This document shows, piece by piece, positions 25,413-39,255 of a DNA stretch of 64,000 nucleotides (its first letter is position 1; the number at the start of each line of letters is the position of its first letter). The stretch spans positions 36,208,001 through 36,272,000 of the forward strand of contig CM060732.1 in NCBI GenBank assembly GCA_030704615.1, written 5' to 3'. The notes beneath the pieces were generated by a model. That model saw only the letters and a program-made list of their open reading frames with translations, had not been told where the DNA came from and made no database searches. Made by a program: the position numbers and the translations under genes. This DNA is from Takakia lepidozioides. Its lineage: Eukaryota; Plantae; Bryophyta.

Positions 25413-28400
25413 ATGCAAAGTGTGGCGGAGGAGATCCCTTCGGGGCTGGGGAAGGAGATCATTGTTGATGTTGACGATGAGTTCTATGAAAGCAAAGCCG
25501 CTGAGATGCTGGGGGGTCAGAAGGTAAACTCTCGGCTTGTGGTGCAAAGTATGCTTGCCCGGGTGGGAGGTTGAAGATTCCCCTGTGTAGGATGGTTTCC
25601 ATGCCCGTTGTTCGCCCACCCCTCATCAAGGACATTCTCAAGCTGGAGGCCGAGTTTGTTCATGGGTATTTGGATGGATCCGCAGTGTTTTACGTTTGTA
25701 CTAGGGATTCCAGAGGCAATGAGCTCCTTATGGATGAGTCAATCGTGGACTCCTGGGATCCTATTTGGAGATAGGTGAACGAATCCTTCGAACTTCTTCT
25801 CTCCAGGAAACCTTCCACCCAGGCATTCTCGGGGAAGATGTTTCACGTTTGGGATGGGAACCACCGGTTGCTTGCATGGATGGCTGTCATTGGGAGGCTA
25901 CACTCACAGGAGGAAGAGTGGCATTACTCTGTTCGATTGATGGTGCTGGATTGTGAGGGGAACATGATGGGTCTTCTGATGGCAATGAATGATGTGAACA
26001 GGTTGGTTTCTCATTCTACATGTTCCACTTGTAGTTCCGTGGTTCTTTGATTAAAGTCCTTGAATTTCATTCTGACTTTCAGATATCATTCTGCAGAGGA
26101 ACAAAGACATCGCATGTCAAAACGAGTCTGGTTCACACACTGTATAGGATACAAAGGATCGGGCAAATGCCCTTGACCAACTTCAAGACCATCCTTTCAG
26201 CAGAGACGTACAAGAAGTGCGAAAGCTCCAAGACATCGGAAACGTGGTACTCGTTGACACGTGAGGCTTTCATGTAATGGGATATTCAAATGAGATGGTA
26301 AACATGGAAGTGGTTGTTAGAGGGTGCCCTGTAAAGGGCTGCTTTGTCTTTCAATGACAATGACCTTAGTGGTCTTGTCCATGTCTACACATGACATGTA
26401 TATCTTCCCTCTCTTTATCTGATCAATGTACTTAGTGGTTTTTGTACACACCATCTACCCTTCTCCTTTCCTGTTTCACCTTCTCATTCTGATGTGTACT
26501 GACAATATTTTTTGAGGAGCCTTGGCAGATAGGCAGCAAACACATTCCAAACTGGAATGATGTACTGAAAGCCTTGGGGTATGAATCCCCCTTGGTACAC
26601 GGTGAGATACATCTTCCTTCATCTGCCCTTTCCATATTCCTGCTTCCACATGTTTGTTTATGTTTGTTTCCCTTGCCCTTGGGTTGATGCAACTCTCGTG
26701 CATTCCTTTGCAGCAAGACATTGCAGATGCAGGGGAGCGTGGCAAACTGGAATACTACAGGTCAACCCCTGAGGAGAGAAGGACAGCAAAGGGGGTTGAG
26801 GGTCACATCCAGAAAGAGATGACCGCTACAAGAAGGACTATAATGAGTGCTTTTGTGAAGCAGTTGAGAATTGCCGACCCATCATTCGGATCGCAGTTTC
26901 TCCTGGAGATAAAAAAAACCATTATAACAAGCCAGGCAAGCCAGAGATGGCCCAAGAGAAGTTGCACAGGTTGTCTACCGCCGTTGTGTCTTCAGAACAG
27001 AAGGTGAAGTGGCTACAGATATGGAACTCCGATCCCACAGTTAGGGATACCCACATGTTCCCCAAGCCAGAGAAAGAGAAGAAGACCCAGCGTGTCATTC
27101 CTGTCAGTGACAATGTGCTGGACACATGGCTTCACAAGGCCACTTACTGGAGCCAGGTGTGATGTCCTTTCCTGTGTCACTTTCTTTTCTCTTTTCCTGT
27201 CCTTCTCTTTCCATTGCCTCTCACATTCACTGTGATTGTTTTTGGGTTCATTCTTGCATTTGAATTGTTTTGTAGTTGGAAGAAAGGGCACGGTCGGTTC
27301 TGCATACTCAGCTGGCTGACTATGGCATCACTATGACAGCACCGAAGGTCTCCTTCGAAGCATACATGAGGAAATGGAGAGCCACAGTGTGGCACTCTTG
27401 TTTCTTTAGAGAGTTCAGCAAGGAGGGTGACATCAGTCAAACACATGACCTTGACCAGCAAGAAAAAAGAGAGGAAGCCTGGAAACGATGCCTTTACAGG
27501 TGCACACCCTTGGCCGTTCAGGCTACTTAGTGTGCTGTGGTTGCAATGTACTCTGACGCATACAGTTTAAGGGTGTCTTCCTGGTGTGATGGAAAAGCTG
27601 AGAGACAATAATTGCATTGCATAATGAGGCTGTCTCTGTTCCTGCAGGTACATAAAGTTTGTTCTCATGGAAGACAATTGCTTAGACAAACATCCAGATT
27701 TCGTGGACCTTTGGCTTGTCCCTGCTGGCAACCAAACCATGTTTACTACTGGGATCTTGCATGACTGGGGCCCAGACCATCTTTCTTCTTGTGGTTGGTA
27801 TTCGGATTGCCCTCCTTCTGAGACCCCAGCTCCGGAGGTGTCTTTGAGGAGAGAGAATGAGCGTATTGCAGCCACTGCCGCAGCAGCCGACCTCGACATT
27901 CATGAACGAAATTTGAGGACTCTTGCAGAGAAGGAGCCTCCCGCTCAGGATATCCCGGGTAGAGGTAGAAAGGCAAAGGGAAAAGATGTTGCTGGTGTTG
28001 TGGGGAAAGGAAGGGGTAGAGGGAAGGTGGCACAAGGGCAGGGAAGTGTTGCAGATATTGGCCCAGTGGTGCATGTCCAGCAGACTCCACCGCATGGTAG
28101 GGGATCTGTGAGAAAGAACAAAGGGGTGGTTGATCCCAAGGACCCGTACCATGCAGTGGAACATCCCACGAGGGTCATTCGCCCTACCAGGTTGGAGATG
28201 GCCAACGTCGGATTCCTTGCCATGATGGAGTCCAAGAAATCTGATTACAAGGGCGAGCCATCACCAGTGTGGGAGAGGATTGTGGAGTTCCTCGGCACGG
28301 TGCGTGTTCTCTTTTGCTTCTTCTCTGCTGTGGGCATGGATCGTTTCAATCCTCTTGAGTATTCCATTGTAATTTTGTTTGCAGGCTAAAATGACCAAAT

Positions 28401-29445
28401 CCTGGGTGAACGGGAAGGAGAAGCAATATGCAACCGAACTCATAATCTTGGACATCCCTGATGGGTTGGCAGTCCCGGATGTCCCTCCATCGGGTGCTTG
28501 TCCGGGTTGGAATGCTTTTGATGAGCGCTACTGGCGGTGGGTTTTCTCCTTTTGCAATTTTTTCTTGTCCGATGCAGGTGTTTTGGTGCTCATACAGTCC
28601 ACCGACGTTCGCTGTCGCCGTGCACTTGCCAGCTATTTGAAAGCCTCGGGCATGAGAGTCCTGAAGACATGGAATTGTGTGAACAACATGTACCTTACAA
28701 AGGGGGATCGTCCGGGAGAGATGGTAAATTTGCCTTCTTCTTCCTCTTCTTGGTGGTTCTCGGATGGAGTTGTGTAGGTCGCTTGAATTCATATGTAGGG
28801 GCCTGATTTTTTAAGCTTCTTAGTTCCTTGTGGATGTGTTGTTCGCAGACTCGTTTGTTTGAAGCTGTTTGTCTCGTCCGAGTGCATCCACCAATGATTC
28901 CGGCTGGCATTGCGGAGTTTGTCATCACTCATGGGGGCAAGTTCATAGACAACAGGACAGATCCTCCCACGGATGACATGCACCACAACTACGTCGACAG
29001 CAACGTCTGCTTGCGAAGGGGGAATGGGGTTCCTTGGAGAGGGGCGAGGGAGAGGAGCCCGGCTTTCATTCAAACGATTGTGGAGTGTTGCACCTACACA
29101 GACGCCAGAGTTCTGGATTTGTCAATGGGCACAGGTTCGTCTCTTCAACATTCACATTTCATGAGGTTTTGATTGAGCTTGCACTTTCAGCACTTCCCAC
29201 CGTTCCAAATGTGTCTTCAATGTCTGCTTCCTTCATTCTATTCCACTGCAGGTGCTTCGTACCACGCTTGCAAGGCCAGTGCGCGACATCTCTTTGGGAT
29301 TGAAGGGGATGCTGAGATTTACAAGAACCTCCTGATGGGTTTGGGTGGACACACTTCTCAAGTCCTTCCGAAGCCCCGTCCTGCTGATATTGATACAGAG
29401 GAGACTTCCGACAAGGAGCTGGACTCCGACTTTGCCTGTGAGTAA
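25413..29445 (+). pseudogene. Spliced ParB/Srx-like domain + beta-class N4C/N6A DNA methyltransferase-like fusion (copy 1)
   Basis: N-terminal KIPLCRMV..VVR..KL..F..GY..VFYV..FHVWDGNHRLLAW. C-terminal LIILDIPDG (motif IV position), GVLVLI, then RERSPAFIQTIVECCT..ARVLDLSMGTG|ASYHACKASARHLFGIEGD (motifs X-I-II). About 8 GT-AG exons. Frameshift near 25565 and stops at 25772 and 26275. Confidence 0.8.
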
Positions 29446-32400
29446 GTTCAACCTGTGGATGCTTGCATTGTTGTTTCAATATCGAGAATCACTGTTCTTG
29501 AGGCAAAGTTCACATGGCAGACATCCTCTTCGTTGGACTTGTGTATTACATATTGTGTTCTGAATGGGTTTTTGTCGACATGTGCAGGAGTCCGCGTGCT
29601 TCCACTTGCCGTCCAGGGCTATCACACCTATTTGGACTTCTTTCCAGTCCTCCTTGGTCTTGTGTGCTACCTGTCTATGCGGAGGCACTTGCAACAAGCA
29701 TGACCGTTCATGGCACTCGGAGTCCACCCATCGACGGCCGTGGTAGAAGACGTGGTGTTGGGGCCAGAATCTTTGTGGATGACATAGCACAGGAGGTCAA
29801 GACTGATTCTGATGACTGTGACACTTGATATGAAGTTTTCTTTTGGTTTTATTCGGGGCCAAATTTGAAATGGGATGGTTGTGTGTCCTTGTTGTCCTGT
29901 TCGCAATGTGTGCGTGGAATGCACATTAATGGGAACAAACTATTGTTGGAGATGGGGGTTGCATGGACTGCCCGGATTGTTCCTTCAATCTATTTAGTGT
30001 TTTCTGGACCTCACAGGCTTGAGTGCATTGCAAAAACAAACAAACAACTTTGGTTCGTGTACAACATTCTCGCATCATTTGGTCGTTGGTCTCCAAACCA
30101 TTCCTGCTAGAAGAATGGTTGGTGAATCCATCACGGTGAAGTCCACCTCATCAAAGAGTGTTCAGGCATTCTCAAATGTAATGAGCATCCATGATGCTCC
30201 CGCACATACCTGGCATGTTCGCAAGGGTGGTGAGTAAGAAAAGATTTCACAGGGATCCGCTTTAGATCATGTCAGTGTGCACCTCCTCACGACGTACCCA
30301 CATAAACTTGTGATGGCTTGGTATGTTGATAACGTCTGCATGGATGCAATGGATACAATGGATGTAACATATCCACTCTGCATTCTCGGGAAATGGCTGA
30401 TCAACCCGCGGAAATAGGTGACACCCGCGGAAATAGGCCCTGTATGTATGCTGACGTGGCGTGAGCCTGTGCTGGGCTCACGGTTTCCTGGGCTCACAGG
30501 CTCACGCCTCCAGGCTCACGGAATAGCACCCCCCGAAATATGCGCCCCATCCCGGGGTGAGGAACATCCCTGCAACCTTGCACTATGCAGGGCATTGCAA
30601 GAGCGTTGGCCATCTTGGTGTCGTTTGCATTTGTTGGTGGCCGCCGTCTTTTCAGTTTCCCCCACTGATGGGTGGGCCAAGCTGCGGGGTCACCCACCGG
30701 TATGCAGGGCGAAGAGCTTCTCGTGGGAGGAGGATGACAACTGGGAATTGGATTTCGTGGAACGTCTGTCCTCTCCACCAGTCGAAACCCTGCACTTCCT
30801 AGAGCGTCTGCCTCCTCCAGGGTAAGATCTGTACCAGTTGCCACAGGCCAGACTGCTGGTGGTTCAGGCATGCCTTGTACACCATATTTGGGCTTGCCGA
30901 ACACACACGACATGATGTCGTGCTTGCAGAACCAAAACTCCTTCAGTGTGGCCTCCACAAACTTTGCGCACACAAATCTCCCTATGAAGCAAGGGGCAGG
31001 CACACCGCCCTGCGGGCTCCTCCGAATCATCTCATTGCATCTCTGGTTGGTGTCGACACGAACAGCACAACATTTGCCACAAAATGACGGACGGGTCCAT
31101 GCAATTCTCCACTGTGAGGCCGACACATCTCGCTCCACGATTGGAATGCTGTATTGGGTAACGATAATAGGAGCAACATGCTCATCCTCGGCATGCTGTC
31201 CCGAGTCTGGCAGCGATTCCATGGATGCTGGAGGAGAGGGGGTACGAGTCCTGCTGGGAGGAGGCGTGGGACGCAACATCGTTGTGCCCCGAGGTTGAGT
31301 GCGGATGTTCATATCTGATCTCCATAAATCCCCGTCGCCTCCGGGCATGTCCTCAATTCTTCTCTTCACCGGCCGGCTGTGGACATCGCCCTCCAGGCAG
31401 TTCCCCCGACTGTGTAATGGCGTTGACCTTATTGTTTCCCCCAATGCAGCAGTCCATTTTTTGGGATCGGTCGAACGATGCGCCGCCCTCATCAGCATCT
31501 CCTGCCTGTCTTGTCCAATACCCCATTGCTTTCTTCCCAGAAATTGGTAGTAACGAGATTGTTGCATGATGGCCCTCGCAATATCTTCTGTTGTTGCTAT
31601 CAACATGTCAACGAGATGTGCCGCAGAGGAAGCACGCCAGGAGGAGTGCACTGATTTGGCCATGTTCGTCGTCGGCATATCCGTGTCATCCTCCAAGCTC
31701 ATGTCCTGTTGAAGGAAATTAGAAATGTCACTCATTGTGGAGAATGTCCAAGCACAAAACAGAACAATTGTCAAGTACAGAAATGTGTTACCTGTCTCAT
31801 GTAGTCTCCAAACTAGCGGAATCTATAGTGCCACCACGCAAGCCACGTTTGCAGTTCTGGCTGATCTTTCGTATCCACTGCCCCTGAAGACACCCACCAG
31901 GCGCATATGGTTGCAAACTCGGTCTCCGCCTCGTCGATGGAATTCGCATTTTTCCACGCAAGGCACATACTGATATGATCCTGCCGGTGACGTGACGCCA
32001 CGAACCTTTTCATGTTTTGCTCTGCATGAAGTGGAACTCGCAAGATCTCTCCTTACCTTCCATTGGAGTCTTTGGGTCATCCCCATATACCCTCCTCATT
32101 GCAGCCCAGTTTGCCTGGGCATTGTCAGCCATGAAGCCCCTAAAATTGGGAGGGGGCAACTTCGCTCTCGCCATTTGCTCATTAATTCCGCGCCACATAT
32201 GCAACTCCAAATCTGTGTCTTCTCTTTTCATTTCGCAGATAGCAATGGTCATCAACTTTTTGCAATGTGGGTCGTATACATGTGCCCCCATTGTCACCCA
32301 ATCGTGGTTGGTAATTCGCCTGATGTGGTCGAACATGACCCAGCAATTTGAGAGGTCTCCATTGGTCATCCGCTTCACCAAATTGACACCGCTCCCCGGT

Positions 32401-33023
32401 CCGCACGATGACATCTTAAATATGAAGCACCTGTCCGTCTCTGAGCCTTGACCAGGAAAAAAGCTGCCTTGGATGAAGTCGTAGCCGCATGTGCGCTTCA
32501 CTTCCAAGATGGAGTGCATGTCTGATCCTCTTCCGATTCGTTTCTTGCAGCCGACAATGTGGTTCCTGACATTGGGGATGCACACATGGGAGACAGCTTC
32601 CAGCAGCTTTTTCATGTCCCCCTCACCCAGCTTCTCTCTTGTGCTTCCGTCCTCCGACATTATTCTGCCAATTGCAATTCTATGTGCGGATGTGAGCTGT
32701 ATCTGCTTTGGTTTTGCTCCCGACCTGAACCTCACCTCCTCCTTGATAATACCATAGGCTTGTTGAAAAACAACTCTGCAATTGCCTCTGGCGACGGGGT
32801 GGTCATGCTTTCCGATGTGAATGCATGCTCCGGTGCACGCTAGGCCGACGGTCCCGACGTAGTACTGCTTGGCGTTGCACACTGCCATACACGTAGAGGC
32901 TGCGTTGCAATGGGCACACTTGAACGTCCCTGCAGGAACCCTACCTTGAGGCCAAAATGGGGTCGACGAATTGCCAATCCAGTCAGTCTCATTCCGGGTG
33001 CCTTTGCTCGTGTAATGGTAACA

Positions 33024-33743
33024 TATCATGCACCTCACTTCGGTAAGCTCCCCCCTCAAGTCATAGTTACTCGCTTGATGCGCGCCCCTAACTCCCAACC
33101 TGGCCGTCGGGCCAACTTGGAGCTCTGGCTGCTCACCGGGGTATAACGGTCCCCCCTTTGATCTCCCAAAGAACCCTCCAACGATTTGGAGCCAGCGGAA
33201 TTCCCTTTGGTAGTTGGCAGTCCGGAACAGCTCTTTGGTCGCTTTCCGGCTCGCTCGCTTACTCACTTGTTTTTGGTCACCAACGGGCTTGCACCGTTCT
33301 CGGGGTTACTACTCCCTATATATACTTCTGTAGCTGTCCGCAGGGGTTTCACAAACAACCATGCCATTTTATGGCGAACCACCACGAACACCCTCGACTC
33401 CCGGTGATGAGTCGCGGTGAGTCTTAGCCCACCCACCACGGCCCCTATGGACCGTGATGAGTCCCAAGACTCCCCACGACTCCCACCACGACGTCTCCGC
33501 CCCAGGGTGAGTCCTATGCCACCCCCACTAAGTCCCGCTAAGCTACCACCACCCCTTGTGGAGCCACCCCCACCGCAACCCGGTGTGCGGGGCGCCACCT
33601 AGTGAGCGCCTCCGCCTCCTTGAGTGCTTTGGGCACTCAAGGGTGCTTCAGCCCCCCATACCTATCGCTGCCACTGGCCCCCACCACAGGGGCAGCCCCT
33701 CTTGTGTCCCGACCCCCTGCCCTCAAGGCAAAGGGCCGCGACA
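33024..33743 (-). repeat. 3' LTR of element C
   Basis: Direct repeat of 39256-39977; left terminus TATCATG is a decayed TGTCGTG. Confidence 0.95.
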
Positions 33744-34648
33744 CACACCCCTACCAACAGGGAGTCGATGTCCTCATCGGCTTGTCCATTTTGTGGAAAC
33801 GAACATCCAAGTTGTGGCGTCCCACATCAAGGAGTTTGTTTCCGTACCATGGCGTCCCATGGCAAAGAACCAAACCCCACACTTGACTCTACTCTCCACT
33901 AGCTAGTTCGGCCGACTTCCTCCAAGTCCCGGCCAAGGGTGGAGCCTCTCAAGCTCCTCCCAGTGCACTCTTCTTGGCCTACTTCAAGGCCAAGGAACGA
34001 TCCTCCCCAAGGATCGAATCGCCTTACTGCAACAACATTGCTTGCGACCGCTCATGATGCCGCTTTTGGCATCACCTTGAGCAAGGGTTCACCTCGAACC
34101 CTCTTTGACTAGGAAGATAACCTTGAACCAACCGCGCGCCCCAATCACTACAATTGGGTCCGCCTTGGAATGCTGGCTCGAGGTACGGGAACACGCCGAA
34201 ACCGCACTACGACTTCGTCCCGAGGCTACACGATTATAGTACGTGAACGGAAGCACGTAGCTTCCGCGTTAGCCCGCACTACAAAGCAACCCCTCGGTAG
34301 CGCAGTTATAGTATGCGCACGCGCCAGGTGCGCACTAGCACGTGAACTCCTAAAGAAGGCGCAAGTTTCCTTGCCCCTTGGACGGGAGTCACCAGATTTC
34401 GGCACTGCGCAAACACACGATTAACCCAATTTACCTCTCCCACTTTTGTAAGCTAGCATGCATTCTACACACTAGCCAACCACATCATGCATCACCATTC
34501 CAAACAAAATATGACGCACAACATTTAGAACCCATTTCCTTTATAACAAATTTTTGTACAATACAAGTTTTTGCAATCGGATTCCTAAGCTAGCTAAGCC
34601 GGGCTAGGCATGCATTTCCTCCCCCACGCTCCAAGGTTGATGTCCCCA

Positions 34649-37600
34649 TCAACGCTTCTTCCGCTTTTGAGGTCGCCCTTCGAAAACTGCAACCGCCTCG
34701 GATGCGTTTTCCCATTTCTGCGGCACGCACCCAAGATGCCTCCACATGATGATAGCCCTTCCATTTGACGAGATATTCCGTTTCTCGGTTCTTGAACCTC
34801 CTCGACTTAAGTACTGCCTCCACCTCATACTCAGGTTCATTTTCATGATCCAACTGCACAAGTGGCGGACGCAACACTTGATGCCGATTCGGACGCGCTT
34901 CATCTTTGAAGTAAGGCTTCAAAAGGGAGACGTGGAATACTGGATGCACCTTGCTGTTTGCCGGCAGCTCCAATTCATACACATCCTCATTCCTAACCTT
35001 CCGGATGCGAAAGGGTCCCGCATACGGAGGTACGAACTTTGGACTCACTTCCGGAGGTAGTCGGAAATTCTTGATGTTCAACCAGACCTCCGTGCCTGCC
35101 TCAAACTTCACTTCCCTCCGCTTCCGATTCGCCTGCCTTTCATACCGTTTCCTAGCTTTGGCAATGTTGTACTTTGCGAGCTTCAACAAATGCTCGCGTT
35201 CTTCCAGTACCGCCGCTATTGCCAGTTCCTCAACGTCCTGGGCGGCCCAACTTGTCGGCACTAGAGGTGCTTTTCCATAGACCAATACGAAAGGGGAAAC
35301 TCCCGTAGCGGAGTGTTCTGTGTTATTATAACAGAACTCTGTCGCGTCTAAGTGTTCCACCCAGTCTGTTTGGTCTGCCGACACGTAATTCCGCAAGATC
35401 TGCTTCACTACGGAATTCACTCTTTCCGTTTGGCCGTCGGTTGTAGGTCAGAAGGCGGTGCTCATCTTCAACCTCGTCCCCATCTTCTTCCAAAGTGCCC
35501 TCCAAAATTTACTCGTAAACTTTGGATCGCGGTCCGAGACAATATCCTTCGGGACTCCATGATGCTTTAAGACGTGGGCGAAGTAAAGTCGCCCTGTTTC
35601 CTGCGCTGTTGCCGTCTCCTTGGTGGGGATGAAATGGCCCATTTTATTGAACCTATCCACCACCACCATGATTGCATCGAATCCTTTTGACAGCGGCATA
35701 GCAGTCATGAAATCCATCGAGACGCTTTCCCAAGTCCCTTTGGAATGGCAAGGGTTGTAACAGCCCCGCCTGCTTTTTGTACTCGCTCCGGTTTTGTTGG
35801 CATGTGGTGCATGTCTTGACATACCCCTCTGCCTCCTCCCTCAGTTTGGGCCAGAAATACTCTTTCTTCAAGAGTGCCGCAGTGCACTTGGCTCCGCCGT
35901 GGCCCGCAAGCGGGCTATCATGGCATTCTCTCAAGAGGCTATCTCTGATCCCTCCCTTTGGCACGTAGAGACGCTTTTGCTTATAACGGAGCAGTCCATT
36001 TTGCAAGTGGAACTGCGATTTAACCCCCATCCTCAAGTCCTGCATCACGGACTTCGCCAGCTCATCCTTCCGGCAAGCCTTCCGGATCTTCCTTTTGGAG
36101 CGCCGTCTCGCCCCTGTACACCAACATGAGCTGCTGCTTTCTACTTAAAGCATCGGCCACCACGTTGTCCCGTCCCGGTTTGTACTGGATATCCACGTCG
36201 AACACCGCCAAAGTATCTTGCCACCTAAGTTGTTTTGGGGACAACTTGGGCTGCGTGGCAAAATGCTTCACCGTGACATTGTCCGTGAACACCTTCACTG
36301 GGTTGGAACCAACATAGTGGCGCCAAACCTCAAGACAGTGCACCACCGCCTTCATCTCTTTCTCGTGCGTCAACCACCGTCGCTCCACTTCATTCAGTTT
36401 CTTACTTTCGTAAGCCTTTGGACATCCATCTTGCATCAGTACACCCCCAATCGCGAAGTCCGACGCATCTGTATGAATCTCGAACGGACGATCGAACTCC
36501 GGGATTTTCAAGACTGGAGCTTCCGCCATCCGCTGCTTCAATTCAGCAAAAGCTTGGCCACAAAAGGTGTTCCATGCCCAGACTTTGGATTTACACAGAA
36601 GGTCTGACAGCGGCCCCGCGATCTTGGCAAAATTTCTCACATACTTCCGCTAATAGGAGGCGAGTCCTAGGAAGGATCATACTCCCGGGACCAAAGTCGG
36701 AGGCTCCCAGTCCAAGATTGCCCTCACCTTCCTGTCATCCATTCTGATCCCATCCTGTGTAATCACATGCCCCAGGAACTCCACTTTTGTGACCCCGAAT
36801 TCGCACTTTGAAGCTTTGGCATACAACTTTCCTTCCCGCAATTTCTGGAACACCCTTTTGAGGTGCTCCAGGTACTCCTCCTTTGTTTTCGAATACACCA
36901 AGATGTCGTCGATGTACATGATCACAAAATCATCCAACCACTCCTAGAAAAGGCTGTTCATCAGCGTGCTAAAGGTCGCGGGAGCGTTGGTGAGTCCAAA
37001 AGGCATCACCAAGAACTCATATGAACCATACCTTGTCCTGCACACGGTCTTCTCCTCATCTCCTTTCGCCACTCGAATTTGATGATAGCCGGAGCACAGA
37101 TCGATCCGGCTAAAATACTTCGCTCCTGCCAACCGATCAAAAAGGTCGTCGATCCTTGGCAAAGGGTACCGGTTTTTGATAGTCACCTTATTCAAAGCCC
37201 TGTAATCGACACACATCCACAACGTCCCATCCTTCTTGTCTGCGAATAGCACCGGGGCTCCGTAAGGTGACTTACTCGGCCGGATGTACCCTTTGACATT
37301 AGATCTTTGAGCTGAGTCTTCAGCTCGACCAACTCTCTGTGGCTCAACCGGTAGGGCGCCTTGGCAGGCGGTTCCGATCCCGGTATCACCTCAATCTTGT
37401 GGTCAACTCCTCTTCGCGGGGGGCAAGCCGCTTGGTAAATCCTCCGGCATCACATCCTGGTATTTCTCCAAAATCCCCTTGATCCAATCTGGGCTCGGCT
37501 CCCCATCGCCTTCTCCCTTCACTTCTCTAATGTAGAGCAAAAACTGGGGCTCGGGTGCTCCTCCACGGCCCACTCCCTTGCTGACGGAGGTTTATTCGCC

Positions 37601-39170
37601 CTCCCACGGGTTTGGGCGTTTCCGACACTCGTAAGACCTCGCCACCATTCCCACATGGCAGCGTGACTACTCTCTTGCGGCCATCTATGACCGCTCCGGA
37701 TTTGCTCAAAAAGGTCATCCCCAAATGAGATCCACTCCATCGATCTCGCAGATGGTGAAGTTCTCACGTCCCTCCTAACTCCCCAGTTGAAGAGGAACAT
37801 CAAACGCCAACCTTGTCGCCAATTGCGGTTCTCCTTTGGCAGAACGCACCTCAATAGAGGCCCCCACGTCACTTGTCGGGAGTCCCAGCTTTTGTGCCGT
37901 TGCCGGTGTCATGAAGGAGTGCGACGCTCCTGTGTCCACCAACAACGACACGTTAGTTCCGGATATTATCCCATCCACGAACAATAATTGACTCCCTTTA
38001 CGTAAGGCGCCAGTTTCCTGATACAACTCACAAGAAAATTTGCCTACCTTGCAAGTCCTGGCGACCACCGCTTCCTGATGGTATCTTCCGACAGCTCTGT
38101 GGTCGCCCGGGTCATGTTCAATTGTCGGGGCTTCGTGCACTTCTTGACCATGTGCCCGAGCTCCCCGCAATTGAAACACACTCCATCAAAGGTCACCTTC
38201 TATCCGCCATAGGCCGCTCCACCCGCTTTTCCTTTCGAAGCACCAGGTGCCGCCTTGACTTGTGAAGGCCCTCCCTTCGATTTCCACGTGCCATTGTCGC
38301 CGCGTGGCCTATCCCACTTTTTTTCCGGTCGGAAGGAGTCACCTTCCTGCCGGGTCTTCTTGTGGTGCAGCTCCGTACGGCCTTGTCTTTCACCCTTAGG
38401 GACATCCGAGAAACATTCAGCCCTCTCAATTGCCTCGTTCAAAGTCTTAGGTGGCTTCTCCTCCAACTTCCGCCTGGCCCATGAGGCCAGTCCCACCACA
38501 AAGTTGAAGACCATTTCTGGTTCTGCCATGTCCGCGACTTCGAGCAACAGCACATTGAAAGCCTGGACATATCCCCGAATGTCATCTGTTTGCTTCAAAT
38601 TCCTCATCTTGTCTCGGGCGAGCCAGGACGCGTTGAGGGGCACAAACTGCCTCTCATCAATTCCTTGAACCCACTCCAGTTCAAGGTTTCCGGGCTTGAA
38701 CCTCGGTTGTGAAGGCGTTTCTGCCACCATTGTTGAGCATAGCCCCTCAAATAGGTGGGAGCCACTTCCACCCGATCCTCGTCACTCAACTTGGCCGCCC
38801 GGAAGTACTGCTCTAGCTCCAAGAGCCAGGTGTTGAGTGCCTTCTGATTTCGGATGCCCTCGAAGGTGCCGGGTTCCTTAGGCTTCACCTTAACTTTGTT
38901 AGTGGAAGTGGCATTAGCCGCCTTCAACACGTCTTTCAACGTCCCGCCAAATTGCACCAACAACCCTCCCAGAAGGCTGCCAGCATGGGAGGCATCTTGT
39001 TGGTCGTCGGAGCTCTCGGGGATTCCTCAGGCTCCCTCCAACTCCTCAGATTCCTCTCGCTCTTGAGCGGCCTCGTTTTCAGAACACATGCATCGCCTTC
39101 CTCAAACGGCCGCCTCGGTGACACGTCGCCCCCATTCGGGCTCACCGGGATCATCATCTTTTGGGCCGTT
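34649..39170 (-). pseudogene. gag-pol of element C (gag, CCHC knuckle, protease, RT, RNase H, integrase, chromodomain), frameshifted; start approximate
   Basis: LLVDTGASHSF; YIDDILVYS; HTDASDFAIGGVL; HDSPLAGH..CTTC; VSDRDPKF; YAGPFRI; YEVEAVL..YLVKWKGY..SW. Confidence 0.95.
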
Positions 39171-39241
39171 CCGCTTTCGCTTTGGCTTGCCCGACCCCAT
39201 GATGAGGCCAATCCCAAGGACGATCGCATACTGAATTCTAA

Positions 39242-39253
39242 GCTCTGATACCA
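39242..39253 (-). promoter_or_regulatory. Primer-binding site for initiator tRNA-Met
   Basis: TGGTATCAGAGC on the minus strand, 2 nt inside the 5' LTR end. Confidence 0.95.
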
Positions 39254-39255
39254 GG

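Larger units (their letters stand above)
24255..30531. mobile_element. Element E: right part of a putative MULE-family DNA transposon (hairpin array + ParB-MTase gene + terminus)
   Basis: Its gene is homologous to the D2 cargo gene and its right end resembles the D2 right end. It abuts the truncated D1 transposase. No transposase or left end is present, so MULE assignment is by analogy to D2. Confidence 0.65.

Noticed and set aside
32010-33266. 418-aa ORF as a standalone gene
   Set aside because: It is a chimera: the first ~80 codons are read from the LTR of element C and the rest is the interrupted transposase.
33395-33475. Hammerhead ribozyme (retrozyme) in the LTR of element C
   Set aside because: The sequence is GTGATGAG rather than CTGATGA, with no correctly placed GAAA and cleavage triplet.
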